This document shows, in pieces, positions 45,683 to 57,852 of a stretch of DNA of 64,000 bases. The notes under the pieces are model-generated. The model made no database searches. It worked only from the letters and a program-made list of their open reading frames with translations, and had not been told where the DNA came from. The DNA comes from Desulfurellales bacterium. GTDB lineage: Bacteria > Campylobacterota_A > Desulfurellia > Desulfurellales > Hippeaceae. The stretch lies in NCBI GenBank assembly GCA_027035885.1, contig JALVTR010000135.1, positions 9,964 to 73,963 on the forward strand, read 5' to 3'. The first letter of the stretch is position 1. Every line of letters begins with the position of its first letter. The translations under genes and the position numbers were made by a program.

Positions 45683-46635
45683 TCGATAGGTTTGGCAGGG
45701 AAATTTACTACTTGAGAATATCGGTTACCGATAGATGTAATTACAGGTGTATGTACTGCATGCCAAAAGGTGGCATAAACTGGAAACCCATGAGTGAGAT
45801 TTTAAGTTATGAGGAAATAACAGATTTTGTGAAAGTTGCAGCTTCTTTAGGTGTAAGAAAAATCAAACTTACCGGCGGTGAGCCTTTGGTTAGAAAGGGT
45901 TTGCATGACCTTATTGCAATGATTAAATCTGTTGACGGCATTGATGAGGTATCTTTAACAACAAACGGAAGCCTTTTAAAGAATTTTGGAAAAAAACTGA
46001 AAGAGTCAGGTCTGGATAGGATTACGGTTAGTTTAGATACACTCAGGAAAGATAAGTTTAGCATTATAACAAGATTAGGTAATTTGGATGATGTGATTAT
46101 GGGTGTTGAAACACTCAATAATTTGGGTTTTAGAAAGTCTAAGATTAACACAGTTGTTATGAAGGGCATAAATGACGATGAAATTTTGGATTTGGTCGAT
46201 TTTGCTGTACAAGTAGACTTTGATATAAGATTTATAGAGCTTATGCCAACAGATCTCATCGATGATTGGAAGGCACATTTCATCTCTGTTGAAGAGATAA
46301 AAAAAAGGATTGAGAAAAAGTATACACTTGAACCATCAAATAAAAAAACAAATGGTCCAGCTGTTTACTATAAATTGGATAATATAGATATTGGCTTTAT
46401 TACGCCATTATCCCATGCATTCTGTAGTGTCTGCAACAGGATTAGGCTGACAAGCGATGGGTTTATTTTGCCATGTCTTGGTCATCCTGATAGAGTAGGC
46501 ACAAAAGATGCTTTAAGGAAAGGGGATTTTGAGAAGGTTAAAGAGTTGATAAGGTATTCTGTAGAAATCAAACCCAAAGAGCATGCGCTATTGAATGAAA
46601 GTATACATTCGAGCATGGCGAGTGTTGGAGGATGA
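45670..46635 (+). CDS. moaA: GTP 3',8-cyclase
   Basis: LRISVTDRCNYRCMYC, TGGEP, C-terminal CSVCNRIRLT...C, terminal VGG. Confidence 0.96.
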   Translation: MEKLIDRFGREIYYLRISVTDRCNYRCMYCMPKGGINWKPMSEILSYEEITDFVKVAASLGVRKIKLTGGEPLVRKGLHDLIAMIKSVDGIDEVSLTTNGSLLKNFGKKLKESGLDRITVSLDTLRKDKFSIITRLGNLDDVIMGVETLNNLGFRKSKINTVVMKGINDDEILDLVDFAVQVDFDIRFIELMPTDLIDDWKAHFISVEEIKKRIEKKYTLEPSNKKTNGPAVYYKLDNIDIGFITPLSHAFCSVCNRIRLTSDGFILPCLGHPDRVGTKDALRKGDFEKVKELIRYSVEIKPKEHALLNESIHSSMASVGG

Positions 46636-46638
46636 CAG

Positions 46639-47124
46639 ATGGAATTTACACATTTCAATGAGCAAAAACGTGCGAAGATGGTCGATGTTAGTAGTAAGAA
46701 TGTATCGGTTAGAATTGCAAGAGCTTATGGAGAGGTTGCTTTATCAAGAGAGGCTTATCTTGCCGTTAAAGAGGGTAGGGTGAAAAAGGGCGATGTTTTG
46801 GCTGTTGCTCAGGTTGGCGGTATAATGGGTTCCAAAAATACTCCATACTTAATCCCCATGTGTCATCCTTTGAATTTAGAGGGAATAGATATCAATTTTG
46901 ATATGGATGATGAAGACCATTTGATAAAAATATACTCGGAAGTCAAGGTTACGCACAAGACGGGTGTTGAGATGGAAGCATTGATGGCTGTGAGTATTGC
47001 TGCACTTACGATCTACGATATGTGCAAGGCCATTGATAGGTCTATTGAGATTAGAAACATTTATCTTTTATATAAAGAGGGTGGGAAGAGTGGTAAATTT
47101 GAACGTTCTGCCCCAAAGGAATAG
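46639..47124 (+). CDS. moaC: Cyclic pyranopterin monophosphate synthase
   Basis: MVDVS, KKGDVL, LIPMCHP, TGVEMEAL, YDMCKA, KEGGKSG. Confidence 0.96.
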   Translation: MEFTHFNEQKRAKMVDVSSKNVSVRIARAYGEVALSREAYLAVKEGRVKKGDVLAVAQVGGIMGSKNTPYLIPMCHPLNLEGIDINFDMDDEDHLIKIYSEVKVTHKTGVEMEALMAVSIAALTIYDMCKAIDRSIEIRNIYLLYKEGGKSGKFERSAPKE

Positions 47125-47165
47125 ATAATGGAATTTTATATAGTTTTAGAAAAGGAGGTATTGAT

Positions 47166-47537
47166 ATGAGAAAGTTGCTTTTTATAGTTGCTTTTTTGTT
47201 ATTTCCGGTTTTTAGTTTTGCTATTACAGTTGAAAGTATTCAATGCGGCTTGGGTGTTAAAAATAGAACTATAGTAAAACCCTCAGATAGTTTCAAAGTG
47301 GGGGATAGAGTTTGGTGTCTGAGTGTGCTTACAAATATAAAAAAGCCAACCTATATAGTTCATAGGTGGGTTCTAAATGGTAGGCATTTTGATGTTAAGT
47401 TGAAGGTTAAACCTTACAAGAAATTTAGAACATGGTCGTATAAAACCATATATCCGTCGATGAAAGGTGTCTGGAAATTAGAGGTTCTGGATGAAAATGG
47501 GAATTTGCTTAGAGAAAAGGTTTTTACAGTAAAATAA
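47166..47537 (+). CDS. Exported DUF2914 domain protein
   Basis: Signal peptide ending SFA; IVHRW, FRTWSYK, GVWKLEVLDENG. Confidence 0.8.
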   Translation: MRKLLFIVAFLLFPVFSFAITVESIQCGLGVKNRTIVKPSDSFKVGDRVWCLSVLTNIKKPTYIVHRWVLNGRHFDVKLKVKPYKKFRTWSYKTIYPSMKGVWKLEVLDENGNLLREKVFTVK

Positions 47538-47542
47538 GGTAG

Positions 47543-48754
47543 ATGCCTATGTTTTTTAAGGGGAGAGTGCAAACAAATGAAACACTGAAATCTGAAAAAA
47601 TAGACAGAATCGCGTCTGAGATATTGAAAGACAAGGAAAAAGAGTTAACTGTAGATGTTAAAGAAAAACTAAAGAGTTCAGACCCTTTAACCAGGGCAGA
47701 AGCAATCTGCGAGGTTTATTCAACAGATGCCTATTGTTGGAAGTTTTTCAGAGAAAATTTCTTTATAGTTTTTGCCGTAAGTCCTGAGAAGAGATTTTTG
47801 TATTTTAACAGAGCTTTTGAAGATATAACTGGATGGGATAGAAATAGTTTGATGAATGTTGATGTTGCTTCAAAAGTTTTGTGGCCTGAAAACCCTGCAG
47901 AATGTAGTGTATGTAAGTTGGTTGGTAAATCAATGAATGAAAGAAAGGTTTTGGTGGATGAAGCAAAAATAATGAATAAATTTGGCGAAGTAATCCCTGT
48001 TATGGTGAATGTTATGCCAATAGTTAGTGATGGAAAGGTTATCTACATTTATGCTATATTAAGAGATTTGAGGAAAGAGATAGAGGAGAAGAAGAAATAT
48101 CTTGAGGAAAATGTTTCGGTGATAAAGGATGCTTTGATAAAAGTGGCAAATGGTGATATAGAAGAAAGGATAGAGATACCAGAGGACAATGAACTTCATG
48201 ATTTGGAAGCACCAATTAATGCCATTATAGAAAACTTGCAAAACGTTGTTAAAGGAATTCAAGAGTCTGCGAAGGTTGCGGATGATATATCAGGTGAAAC
48301 AGCTAAGAGTGTAAATGATGTGGCTAATTGGAATGAGAATGTATTCCAAAAAGCCCAAAATGAACTTGTTCATTTGGCTAAAGAGCTTGGAAATGCAACT
48401 AAGAACATAGAAGGTATTGTTAACTTGATTAGGGATATAGCAGACCAGACAAACCTTTTGGCTTTGAATGCTGCGATTGAGGCAGCCCGTGCTGGCGAAG
48501 CAGGTCGTGGATTTGCAGTTGTTGCTGACGAAGTAAGAAACTTGGCTGAGAAAAGTCAAAGGGCAACAGGTGATATATCTGATGCAATTAAAGCTATAGA
48601 GAAAAGCTCCTATGATATGATTGAAAAGATAAGTTTCAATTCTGAGCAATCAAAGCAACTTGTGGAAGCAATAAAATCTTTAAAAGACAATATTGACTCC
48701 TTAGAAGACAACATAAAGCAGTTACTTGACACAGTATCAATCTTTAACGTTTAG
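47543..48754 (+). CDS. Soluble PAS-HAMP-MCP chemoreceptor
   Basis: No TM segment; PAS ([12 protein letters not shown]), HAMP-like linker, MCP tip [38 protein letters not shown]. Confidence 0.9.
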   Translation: MPMFFKGRVQTNETLKSEKIDRIASEILKDKEKELTVDVKEKLKSSDPLTRAEAICEVYSTDAYCWKFFRENFFIVFAVSPEKRFLYFNRAFEDITGWDRNSLMNVDVASKVLWPENPAECSVCKLVGKSMNERKVLVDEAKIMNKFGEVIPVMVNVMPIVSDGKVIYIYAILRDLRKEIEEKKKYLEENVSVIKDALIKVANGDIEERIEIPEDNELHDLEAPINAIIENLQNVVKGIQESAKVADDISGETAKSVNDVANWNENVFQKAQNELVHLAKELGNATKNIEGIVNLIRDIADQTNLLALNAAIEAARAGEAGRGFAVVADEVRNLAEKSQRATGDISDAIKAIEKSSYDMIEKISFNSEQSKQLVEAIKSLKDNIDSLEDNIKQLLDTVSIFNV

Positions 48755-48768
48755 AGGGGAGAATCGGC

Positions 48769-50040
48769 ATGGGTATGACTATTTCTCAAAAGATATTGGC
48801 CAATAAAGCTAATAAAGATGAGGTAAAACCCGGTGAGATTGTTATGGCTGATGTAGATTTGACTTTTGCCAACGACATAACAGCACCTATAGCCATTGAT
48901 TTTGTTAAAAGGTTGGGCGTTGATGTTTTTGACAAGGGAAAAGTAGCTTTAATTCCAGATCACTTCACGCCTAATAAAGATATAAATTCAGCCAACCAAT
49001 GCAAAATTATGCGAGATTTTGTTATGGAAAGGAATTTGCCCAATTATTGGGAGACAGGTGAGGTTGGCATTGAGCATGCATTGCTGCCAGAGCAAGGGTA
49101 TATAAAACCTGGTATGTTAATTGTAGGTGCTGATTCTCATACATGCACACACGGTGCTTTAGGTGCCTTTGCAACGGGTATGGGCTCAACCGATTTGGGT
49201 TTTGCCTTTGCAACGGGTAAAAGCTGGTTTAGGGTTCCAGAAAGTATTAAATTTATTTATAAGGGAAAAAGAAAAAAGTGGGTTGTTGGTAAAGATTTGA
49301 TTCTTTACACGATTGGTAAAATTGGTGTTGCAGGTGCACTTTATAAGTCGATGGAGTTTACTGGCGATGCCATACGCGAGCTTCCAATGGAAGATAGACT
49401 TACAATGTGTAATATGGCTGTTGAAGCTGGTGCTAAAAATGGTATTGTTGAGCCGGATGAAATTACAGTTGAGTATCTAAAAGAGCGTGGCATTGAGAAT
49501 GATCAATATGGGATTTTAAAGAGTGATGCCGATGCCGAATACTCTAGTTTAATTGAGATAGATGTTTCAAATATAGAGCCTCAGGTGGCTTTTCCACATT
49601 TACCATCGAATGCTAAAGGTATTTCTGAAATCAAAGATGACATAAAAATAAATCAGGCGTTTATTGGTTCCTGTACAAATGGTAGGATTTCTGATTTAAG
49701 GGAAGCTGCAAAAGTTTTAAAGGGCAAAAAAGTGGCCAAGTATGTTAGGTTGATAATTATACCTGCCACTGTCCAAGTTTATAGGCAAGCACTTAAAGAG
49801 GGGCTGTTTGATGTATTTTTGGATGCTGGAGCGGTTATATCAACACCAACTTGTGGACCATGTCTTGGCGGATATATGGGTATTTTAGCTGATGGTGAGG
49901 TGTGTGTTTCTACTTCTAACAGGAATTTCGTAGGAAGGATGGGTTCAAAAAAAGCTTTTGTTTATCTTTCATCACCAGCCGTTGTAGCGGCAAGTGCTGT
50001 AGCTGGAAAAATTATTCATCCTGACGAGGTGTTAAAATGA
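48769..50040 (+). CDS. leuC: 3-isopropylmalate dehydratase large subunit (short, homoaconitase-type family)
   Basis: [38 protein letters not shown]; adjacent to leuD and leuB. Confidence 0.92.
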   Translation: MGMTISQKILANKANKDEVKPGEIVMADVDLTFANDITAPIAIDFVKRLGVDVFDKGKVALIPDHFTPNKDINSANQCKIMRDFVMERNLPNYWETGEVGIEHALLPEQGYIKPGMLIVGADSHTCTHGALGAFATGMGSTDLGFAFATGKSWFRVPESIKFIYKGKRKKWVVGKDLILYTIGKIGVAGALYKSMEFTGDAIRELPMEDRLTMCNMAVEAGAKNGIVEPDEITVEYLKERGIENDQYGILKSDADAEYSSLIEIDVSNIEPQVAFPHLPSNAKGISEIKDDIKINQAFIGSCTNGRISDLREAAKVLKGKKVAKYVRLIIIPATVQVYRQALKEGLFDVFLDAGAVISTPTCGPCLGGYMGILADGEVCVSTSNRNFVGRMGSKKAFVYLSSPAVVAASAVAGKIIHPDEVLK

Positions 50041-50528
50041 TAATTAAGGGTAGAGTTTGGGTTTATTCAGACAACGTCGATACAGATGTAATCATACCTG
50101 CGAGGTATCTAAATACATCTGACTCAAAAGAACTTGCAAAACACTGCATGGAGGATATAGACGAGAGTTTTGCAAAAGAGGTAAAAAATGGAGATATCAT
50201 AGTGGCAGGTTATAACTTCGGTAGTGGCTCGAGTAGGGAGCATGCACCAATCGCCATTAAAGCAAGTGGTGTAGCTTGCGTGATTGCAAAGTCATTTTCT
50301 CGTATATTTTATAGGAATGCGTTCAATATCGGTTTGCCTATACTCGAAAGCAATGTTGTGGATGAACTTGAGAAGTCCGATGAGATTGAAGTTGATACGA
50401 AAAAAGGTCAAATCAAGGTGTTGAAAAATGGGAAGGTGTTTGAATCGAGCGTTATACCAGAGTTTATGCAAAGACTGATTGAGAGTGGTGGTTTGTTTAA
50501 TTATGCTAAAGAGATTTTGAAAGTTTGA
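50037..50528 (+). CDS. leuD: 3-isopropylmalate dehydratase small subunit
   Basis: [34 protein letters not shown]. Confidence 0.93.
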   Translation: MIIKGRVWVYSDNVDTDVIIPARYLNTSDSKELAKHCMEDIDESFAKEVKNGDIIVAGYNFGSGSSREHAPIAIKASGVACVIAKSFSRIFYRNAFNIGLPILESNVVDELEKSDEIEVDTKKGQIKVLKNGKVFESSVIPEFMQRLIESGGLFNYAKEILKV

Positions 50529-50536
50529 GGTGAGTT

Positions 50537-51616
50537 GTGGGGAGATATAAAATTGCCGTTATGGAAGGTGACGGTATAGGGCCTGAAATTGTTGCCGAAG
50601 GAGTAAAGGTTTTAGATGAAATTGCATCCAGATTTGACCACGAATTTGAGTATATTAAGGTTTATGTTGGAGGTTGTGCCATAGATAAATTTGGAGAACC
50701 TTTGCCTTCAAGCGAGGTGGATAAGATTTTAAAATGTGATGCGCTATTCTTTGGCTCTGTTGGTGGTCCAAAGTGGGATAATTTGCCTCAAGATAAGAAG
50801 CCTGAGGCAGGGCTTTTGGGTATTAGAAAAGCTTTAGGCGCTTTTGCCAATTTGAGGCCGGCAAAGGTTTTTGACGAATTGATTGACGCAAGTACGCTAA
50901 AACCAGACGTAATTAGAGGTATTGATATTTTAGTTGTCAGAGAGCTTACGGGTGGTATTTACTTTGGTGAGCCAAGAGGTGTATTTGAGGAGGACGGTGT
51001 TAAAAAGGCTCTTAATACAATGGTTTATACAGAACCTGAGATAGAGCGTATAGTTAGACTCGCATTCGAGCTTGCAAGACAGAGAAGAAAAAAGGTTACA
51101 AGTGTTGATAAAGCGAATGTTCTGGATGTTTCACAGTTTTGGAGGGACACTGTAGAACGCGTTGCCAAAGATTATCCGGATGTTGAATATAGCCATCTGC
51201 TTGTTGATAATGCAGCTATGCAGCTTGTGAGAAATCCAAAACAATTTGATGTGATTGTTACAGGCAATATATTTGGTGATATTTTGTCAGATGAGGCTAG
51301 CATGCTGACAGGCTCCATAGGAATGCTGGCTTCAGCATCGGTTGGAGGCAGAGTTGGCATGTTTGAGCCAATTCACGGTTCTGCCCCGGATATTGCTGGT
51401 TTGGGTGTTGCAAACCCTATTGCTCAGATAGAGTCTGCAGCCATGATGTTAAAGTATGGGCTTAAGCTCGATGAAGAAGCCGAAACTATAGAAAAGGCTG
51501 TTGATTTAGTTTTAAAGATGGGATATAGGACGCCTGATATTATGAGCGAAGGCAAAAGAAAGGTTAACACGCAACAGATGGGAGATTTGATTGCAAAAGC
51601 TATAGGGGATGTGTAG
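50537..51616 (+). CDS. leuB: 3-isopropylmalate dehydrogenase
   Basis: [56 protein letters not shown]; GTG start. Confidence 0.96.
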   Translation: MGRYKIAVMEGDGIGPEIVAEGVKVLDEIASRFDHEFEYIKVYVGGCAIDKFGEPLPSSEVDKILKCDALFFGSVGGPKWDNLPQDKKPEAGLLGIRKALGAFANLRPAKVFDELIDASTLKPDVIRGIDILVVRELTGGIYFGEPRGVFEEDGVKKALNTMVYTEPEIERIVRLAFELARQRRKKVTSVDKANVLDVSQFWRDTVERVAKDYPDVEYSHLLVDNAAMQLVRNPKQFDVIVTGNIFGDILSDEASMLTGSIGMLASASVGGRVGMFEPIHGSAPDIAGLGVANPIAQIESAAMMLKYGLKLDEEAETIEKAVDLVLKMGYRTPDIMSEGKRKVNTQQMGDLIAKAIGDV

Positions 51617-52090
51617 ATGAAAATCGGAATAGTGTCCGATTCCCATGACAATATTGAAGCTATTAAGTTAGCGGTTGATTTTTTAAATAAAGAGGGTGTT
51701 GATTTGACTATACACTTGGGCGATATTGTATCGCCCTTTTGTTTTGACCATTTTAACAAGCTTAAAAGCCAGTTTTTGGGTGTTTTTGGCAATAATGATG
51801 GTGAAGTGTTGTTTTTACAGCAAAAGAGTGAAAGTAAGTTACACAAGCCGCCTTATGAGATTGAACTTGACGGAAAGGAGTTTATACTAATGCACGAGCC
51901 GTTCGGCATAGATAAAATTGCAAATGAATACAACTATGTGCTTTACGGTCACCTTCACAATATAGACGTTAGAAAAACTAAAAAAGGTTATATTATAAAT
52001 CCAGGAGAGTTATGCGGATATTTAACAGGCAAGAAAACTTTAGCAATACTGGATACGCAAGTAAATACAGTGGATCTGAAGGTTGTTTAG
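51617..52090 (+). CDS. YfcE/MJ0936-family metallophosphoesterase
   Basis: SDSH, HLGD, GNND, GHLH, NPG. Confidence 0.9.
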   Translation: MKIGIVSDSHDNIEAIKLAVDFLNKEGVDLTIHLGDIVSPFCFDHFNKLKSQFLGVFGNNDGEVLFLQQKSESKLHKPPYEIELDGKEFILMHEPFGIDKIANEYNYVLYGHLHNIDVRKTKKGYIINPGELCGYLTGKKTLAILDTQVNTVDLKVV

Positions 52091-52652
52091 CTTTAAAGAT
52101 GTTTCATTTGAAGGTAGTTTCGATAGTGCAAGACTATTTCATCTACCCCAATTTGCTTTCGCTGGTAGGAGTAACGTTGGTAAATCATCTTTGATAAATG
52201 CCATTTTGAACAGGAGAATAGCTTACGTAAGCAAAAATCCAGGTAAAACAATACTTATAAATTTTTACAAGGTCGAAGGCACGTTTTTTATCGTGGACTT
52301 GCCAGGCTATGGATATGCAAAGAGGTCTAAGAGTTTAAGACAAAAATGGAAATACATAATCGAAGATTACCTAAAAAATGCAAACCTACTTTATCATGTG
52401 TTTGTTTTGATTGATTCAAGACACTTGCCTATGGATAGTGATTTGATGTTTATGGATTGGCTTAAGTTTTATAGCAAGGATTTTAGCATCGTATTCACAA
52501 AGGTAGATAAGGCAAGCCAGAAATCAATCTCTGAAGGTTTAAAACATCTTAAGGAAAAATACGATAATATAAACTATTTTCTCACTTCCGCTAATAAAAG
52601 AAAAGGCATAGATAAACTGTGCGATTTTATTGTTGGTAAGGTATCTTTATAA
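52083..52652 (+). CDS. engB: Ribosome biogenesis GTPase EngB/YsxC/YihA
   Basis: [28 protein letters not shown]; TTG start. Confidence 0.93.
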   Translation: MFSFKDVSFEGSFDSARLFHLPQFAFAGRSNVGKSSLINAILNRRIAYVSKNPGKTILINFYKVEGTFFIVDLPGYGYAKRSKSLRQKWKYIIEDYLKNANLLYHVFVLIDSRHLPMDSDLMFMDWLKFYSKDFSIVFTKVDKASQKSISEGLKHLKEKYDNINYFLTSANKRKGIDKLCDFIVGKVSL

Positions 52653-53999
52653 TATGTACCTGCTTAAGTCTCTATTTTCAACAATGTTAGAGAGCTTCTC
52701 CTTTACGTAGCTTGCGTCTATTTTTATATTTTTGTTTTCTATATCTGGTGACTCGAAAGATATATCCTCAAGGAGTTTCTCAAGCAGGGTATGTAGTCGC
52801 CTTGCTCCTATATTTTCCGTTTCTTTGTTAATTTTTTCCGCTATTTCTGCAATCTTTTCAATAGCATTATCTGTAAATTCTATTATTACACTTTCTGTTT
52901 CAAGTAATGCTTTATATTGTTTTATTAGAGCATTTTTAGGTTCCTTTAGAATCCTAATAAAGTCTTCTTTTGTAAGTGGCTTTAATTCTACTCTTATAGG
53001 GAACCTACCCTGCAATTCGGGAATCATGTCGCTTGGTTTGACCTGATGGAAAGCCCCGGCGGCAATAAACAATATGTGGTCGGTCTTTATTGAGCCGTAG
53101 CGGGTGTTCACTGTTGAGCCCTCAACGATAGGTAGTAAGTCTCTCTGAACACCTTCCCTTGATACATCTGGACCTTGAGAGGACCCGGATTTTGTGACTA
53201 TTTTATCTATTTCGTCCAAAAATACGATTCCATCGTTAGAGGCTTTTTCAATGGATTTTTCTTTAACTTTGTCTTTATCGATAAGTTTTTGAGCTTCCTC
53301 TTCTTGGAAAATGCGCAAGGCTTCGTTAACGGTTACTTTCCTGGTCTTTTTTTTGCTTGGCATGATGTTATCTAACATGTCCCTTAGATTAGAGTCGAGT
53401 TCGTCTATTGGAGCAGCAGCAACCTCTATAAAAGGTACAAGCTGCTCATTTCTTTGTGGATTGATTGTTATTTCAATAGTTTTTTCATCCAGTTCTCCAT
53501 TTTTCATTTTTTCCCTAAATTTCTCGCGTGTTTTTTTGATTCTTTCCTCATCTTCTGTATCATATATCGAGCGTTTCTTTATAGGAGGAACCAATACGTC
53601 TAATACCCTTTCTTCAGCTTCTTTTTTTGCCTTATCTTCAACTTTTCTCAACTCTTCTTGCTTGACCATTTCATAACTTATGCGTGCTAAATCCCTTATT
53701 ATCGATTCTACATCCCTTCCTACGTATCCTACCTCGGTGAATTTACTTGCCTCTACTTTAACAAATGGAGCATTTGTAATTTTTGCAATCCTTCTGGCAA
53801 TTTCCGTCTTTCCTACTCCAGTTGGCCCAATCATGAGTATATTTTTTGGCATTATCTCTTCTTTTATGTCACCTTGAACCTTGTGTCTTCTGTATCGCGT
53901 TCTCAGTGCTATTGCTATTGCTTTCTTTGCTTCGGATTGGCCGACTATATATTTATCTAAAAGTTCAACTATCTTTTTAGGTGTTAATTTGTTTTCCAT
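52647..53999 (-). CDS. hslU: HslUV protease ATPase subunit
   Basis: [36 protein letters not shown]. Confidence 0.97.
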   Translation of the reverse strand: MENKLTPKKIVELLDKYIVGQSEAKKAIAIALRTRYRRHKVQGDIKEEIMPKNILMIGPTGVGKTEIARRIAKITNAPFVKVEASKFTEVGYVGRDVESIIRDLARISYEMVKQEELRKVEDKAKKEAEERVLDVLVPPIKKRSIYDTEDEERIKKTREKFREKMKNGELDEKTIEITINPQRNEQLVPFIEVAAAPIDELDSNLRDMLDNIMPSKKKTRKVTVNEALRIFQEEEAQKLIDKDKVKEKSIEKASNDGIVFLDEIDKIVTKSGSSQGPDVSREGVQRDLLPIVEGSTVNTRYGSIKTDHILFIAAGAFHQVKPSDMIPELQGRFPIRVELKPLTKEDFIRILKEPKNALIKQYKALLETESVIIEFTDNAIEKIAEIAEKINKETENIGARRLHTLLEKLLEDISFESPDIENKNIKIDASYVKEKLSNIVENRDLSRYIL

Positions 54000-54003
54000 T
54001 AAT

Positions 54004-54540
54004 TTACTCCTTTAGCGTTTCTACAGTGATGTTACTGTTTGTGTATATACAAATGGATGATGCGATCTTTAGTGATTCTTCAACTATACCTTTAGCATCT
54101 AAATCGCTATATTTAACTAAAGCCTTCGCTGCTGCATAGGCATAATTTCCACCAGACCCTATTGCACAAATATCTTCATCTGGTGATAACACATCCCCGT
54201 TTCCACTAATTAAATACATTGTGTTTTTGTCTGCAGCAATCAGAAGGGCCTCAAGCCTTCTTAAAATCTTATCTGTACGCCACTCTTTAGCCAATTCAAC
54301 TGCGGCACGTGTTAAGTTTCCTGCATATTCATTGAGCTTATCCTCTAACTTTTCAAACAATGTAAAGGCATCTGCCGTTGCTCCAGCAAAGCCTACAATT
54401 ACATTATCGTTATAGAGTTTTCTTATTTTCTTTGCCTTGGATTTTACAACAGTATTGCCAAGTGTTACTTGACCGTCACCGCCAAGTGCAACGCTGTTGT
54501 TCTTCTTGACGCAAATTATTGTTGTACCTTTAAACTCCAT
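54004..54540 (-). CDS. hslV: HslUV protease peptidase subunit
   Basis: Short propeptide MEFKG then catalytic TTI; GDGQVT, IGSGG, CIYTN. Confidence 0.97.
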   Translation of the reverse strand: MEFKGTTIICVKKNNSVALGGDGQVTLGNTVVKSKAKKIRKLYNDNVIVGFAGATADAFTLFEKLEDKLNEYAGNLTRAAVELAKEWRTDKILRRLEALLIAADKNTMYLISGNGDVLSPDEDICAIGSGGNYAYAAAKALVKYSDLDAKGIVEESLKIASSICIYTNSNITVETLKE

Positions 54541-55803
54541 TTATGCACTCTTCTTATTTTTTACTATTACTGGGGATTTTCCTTCATTTACAACATCCTC
54601 ATTTATTATACACTCTATTACACCTTTCATGGATGGTATTTTATACATCAAATCTACCATAATTTGTTCCATGATACTACGCAAGCCCCTGGCGCCAACT
54701 TTTCTTTCCACGGCCTTTTTAGCTATAGCTTGCAGAGCGTCATCGGTTATTGTCAATTTAACATTATCAAGTTTTAACATTTTTTTGTATTGCTTTACCA
54801 AAGCATTTTTGGGCTCCGTTAATATTCTAACAAGTTCACTATCTGATAGTTCATTAAGGGTTGCGACTACGTGCAATCTGCCTATAAGCTCTGGAATTAA
54901 ACCGTATTTCATTAAGTCTTCTGGAGTAACCTGTTTTAATAAATTGTACTTTTCCTTTTTGTCTACCTCTACAGGGTTTGTAAATCCTATACTCTTTTTA
55001 CTTATCCTTCTTGCCACTATGTTTTCCAAGCTTTCAAAAGCACCTCCGCAGATGAAAAGAATATTTGCTGTGTCAACCTGTATAAATTCCTGTTGAGGGT
55101 GTTTCCTTCCACCATAAGGTGGAACATTAACAATACTGCCCTCAATCAATTTGAGTAAAGCTTGTTGAACACCTTCCCCAGAAACATCACGTGTAATAGA
55201 TGGATTTTCACTTTTTCTTGAGATTTTATCTATTTCATCTATATAGACAATTCCTTTTTGGGCTAATGCAACATTGTAATCTGCTGCTTGCAATAGTCTT
55301 ACGAGGATATTCTCTACATCTTCACCTACATATCCAGCTTCTGTTAAGCTCGTTGCATCTGCTATTGCAAAAGGAACATCCAAAATTTTTGCAAGGGTCT
55401 TTGCTATTAAAGTTTTTCCTGTGCCAGTAGGACCGATAAGTAATATGTTGCTTTTCTCTAATTCCACATCATCTTTTTTCCTGCGAGGCATATTAATTTC
55501 GCTTACTCTTTTATAGTGATTGTATGCGGCAACGGCCAAAATTTTTTTAGCATCGTCCTGTGAAACTATGTATTCATCCAATTTTTTCTTTATCTCTTCT
55601 GGTGTTAATGGAATAAAGTTATCGTTTTTCTTTTTATTCAGTTCTTCATCTTCTGCTAAAATATCTTCACACAAAGCCACACATTCGTCACAAATATAAA
55701 CGCCTGGCCCTGCAATCAGCTTTCTAACTTCGTCTTGCGTTCTTCCACAAAACGAGCACCTTAAAGTGCCTTGAGGTTTGTCACCCCCGTCCATTTGCTT
55801 CAT
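54541..55803 (-). CDS. clpX: ATP-dependent Clp protease ATPase ClpX
   Basis: CSFC/CDEC zinc finger, [20 protein letters not shown] loop, GARGLR. Confidence 0.98.
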   Translation of the reverse strand: MKQMDGGDKPQGTLRCSFCGRTQDEVRKLIAGPGVYICDECVALCEDILAEDEELNKKKNDNFIPLTPEEIKKKLDEYIVSQDDAKKILAVAAYNHYKRVSEINMPRRKKDDVELEKSNILLIGPTGTGKTLIAKTLAKILDVPFAIADATSLTEAGYVGEDVENILVRLLQAADYNVALAQKGIVYIDEIDKISRKSENPSITRDVSGEGVQQALLKLIEGSIVNVPPYGGRKHPQQEFIQVDTANILFICGGAFESLENIVARRISKKSIGFTNPVEVDKKEKYNLLKQVTPEDLMKYGLIPELIGRLHVVATLNELSDSELVRILTEPKNALVKQYKKMLKLDNVKLTITDDALQAIAKKAVERKVGARGLRSIMEQIMVDLMYKIPSMKGVIECIINEDVVNEGKSPVIVKNKKSA

Positions 55804-56401
55804 GCAACTTCTCCTCTTCTTCTCTTGAATAAATGATTTTGTCTATTATACCGTAATTTAACGCTTCTTTTGAATCCATAAAATAATCTCTGTCCGTATC
55901 CTTCTCAATAGTTTTTAATCTTTTTCCTGTATGGTTTGCCAAGATTTCGTTTAAGAGCTTTTTTAGTCTTAAAATTTCTTTGGCATGTATCTCTATTTCT
56001 GTGGCTTGACCAGTTATACCACCCAAAGGTTGGTGTATCATTATTCTTGAATGTGGCAGTGAATACCTTTTCCCTTTTGTTCCACTTGCTAAAAGTAATG
56101 CACCCATGGATGCTGCTGAACCGATGCAAATTGTTGTTATATCGCATTTTATGTACTGCATTGTGTCATATATAGCAAGCCCGGCAGTAACACCGCCCCC
56201 AGGCGAATTTATATACAAAAATATGTCTTTTTCAGGATCTTCACTCTCTAAAAATAGTAATTGGCTAACTATTACGCTTGATACTTCATCCGTTATCTCT
56301 CCATTCAGCATAATAATTCTGTCTTTCAACAAACGTGAGTATATATCGTAAGCTCTTTCACCTTGTGGAGTTTTTTCTATAACAATTGGTATTAAACTCA
56401 T
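55781..56401 (-). CDS. clpP: Clp protease proteolytic subunit
   Basis: [36 protein letters not shown]. Confidence 0.98.
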   Translation of the reverse strand: MSLIPIVIEKTPQGERAYDIYSRLLKDRIIMLNGEITDEVSSVIVSQLLFLESEDPEKDIFLYINSPGGGVTAGLAIYDTMQYIKCDITTICIGSAASMGALLLASGTKGKRYSLPHSRIMIHQPLGGITGQATEIEIHAKEILRLKKLLNEILANHTGKRLKTIEKDTDRDYFMDSKEALNYGIIDKIIYSREEEEKLHEANGRG

Positions 56402-57741
56402 TTTTGCGCTTCCTCTGTTTTAGTTCCTTCTTCTTGTTTTTGTTCTTGTTTATTTTCCTTATCTATTTTTGCATTCTCGTAGAGAAAGTCAAGGGCTTTA
56501 TTCCCTAAAATTTCCATTTGGATTAGAGGTAGAACATTGTTTTGTTGGTATTCTTTATATAGATCCTCAAATGATTTCCTTTGAGCATTTGCATGCTGGG
56601 ATACAACTTCATTTATTTCTTCAGATGATACATCTATATTCTCTTTTTTTGCAATTTCTAACAAAATGAATGTTGCTTTTACCCTTTTTTTTGCTTCCGG
56701 TTCGAATTTTTCTCTTAAAGCTTGTGGCTTAAATTCGTCAGAGCTGACATCTATGCCCATGTAATACATATTTTTAATATAATCCATTATCATTTGATTG
56801 GTCTCTTGATTAACGAGACTTTCGGGAAGTTCAAAGTCGTATTGTTCTAAAAGTTTATCTAATAGCTCATCCTTTTGTCTTTCTTTTTCTTCAATCTCTT
56901 TATTTTTCTCAAGCCTTTTCTTTACGTCACTTAAAAGGTCTTCAAATGTTTTAAATTCTTTGTTTACTTTTTGAGCAAAATCATCATTTAATTCAGGAAT
57001 TTTTTTCTGTTCGATTGATTTTAATGTTATCTCAAAAACGACGTCTTTGCCCTTCAGTGCCCTTAAAGGGTAATCTTTATCAAACGATGCTTCAATATTT
57101 TTCGTTTCGCCTACTTTCATTCCCTCTAAATTGCTCTCTATCTCTTCTACTAATTGTTTTTTACCTAATTCGACATGTAAATTTTCGCCGCCAAACTCTT
57201 TTATCGGATAATGAGTTTCCTTTGTAAACGTTTTTATGTCAATTACCGCTATATTACCGTTTTCTAATGTGCCACCTTCTTTTTCTTCCAATGTGGCAAA
57301 AGCATCTCTTAATTGATCCAATACTTTGTTTATGTCTTCTTCTGTTATTTCAATGGGTTTTTCTGTGATTTCAATGTCTTTATATTCCTTTAAGTCAATT
57401 TCTGGCTTTACATCTACTGTAGCTATAAACGATAAACCTTTCTCTTCATTAAGCTCAACATTTGTAAATGCTGGGTCTGATACAGTTTCTATCTTATTAT
57501 CCTGAATCACAAATTCATAAGCCTCTATCATAAGTTCCCTTTTTAGGTCATTTTCTATATCGTCTTTGTATGCTTTTAATATAATTTCTTTTGGAACTTT
57601 CCCTTTTCTGAAACCTTTAATACTCGCTGTTTTCCTAATTTTCCTTACAATTTCATCCTTTTTTTTCTTTATTTTTTCCGGTTCGACCTCTATTTGAATT
57701 CTTCTTTTCGAAGGTTTGGCATTTTCCACCGTTACCTGCAC
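56398..57741 (-). CDS. tig: Trigger factor
   Basis: GFRKGKVP ribosome-binding loop, FKBP-like middle domain; GTG start with GGAGGA SD; tig-clpP-clpX synteny. Confidence 0.95.
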   Translation of the reverse strand: MQVTVENAKPSKRRIQIEVEPEKIKKKKDEIVRKIRKTASIKGFRKGKVPKEIILKAYKDDIENDLKRELMIEAYEFVIQDNKIETVSDPAFTNVELNEEKGLSFIATVDVKPEIDLKEYKDIEITEKPIEITEEDINKVLDQLRDAFATLEEKEGGTLENGNIAVIDIKTFTKETHYPIKEFGGENLHVELGKKQLVEEIESNLEGMKVGETKNIEASFDKDYPLRALKGKDVVFEITLKSIEQKKIPELNDDFAQKVNKEFKTFEDLLSDVKKRLEKNKEIEEKERQKDELLDKLLEQYDFELPESLVNQETNQMIMDYIKNMYYMGIDVSSDEFKPQALREKFEPEAKKRVKATFILLEIAKKENIDVSSEEINEVVSQHANAQRKSFEDLYKEYQQNNVLPLIQMEILGNKALDFLYENAKIDKENKQEQKQEEGTKTEEAQK

Positions 57742-57769
57742 TGTTCATCCTCCTTTTTTTAGTTAGCAA

Positions 57770-57798
57770 ACTATACCAAAAGAAAATGCTATTTTCAA
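57770..57798 (-). promoter_or_regulatory. Putative sigma70 promoter of tig-clpP-clpX-hslV-hslU
   Basis: TTGAAA-N17-TATAGT on the minus strand. Confidence 0.65.
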
Positions 57799-57814
57799 TG
57801 TTTTAAGTTATAAC

Positions 57815-57843
57815 TTGATATATTGCTATTATTTTATTAAACT
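57815..57843 (+). promoter_or_regulatory. Putative sigma70 promoter of the response regulator
   Basis: TTGATA-N17-TAAACT, with ATG 9 nt downstream and no SD. Confidence 0.5.
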
Positions 57844-57852
57844 TCAAAAATA

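Noticed and set aside
47880-47930. CSVC in the chemoreceptor as a c-type heme site
   Set aside because: The motif is CxxCK, not CxxCH, and the protein has no export signal.
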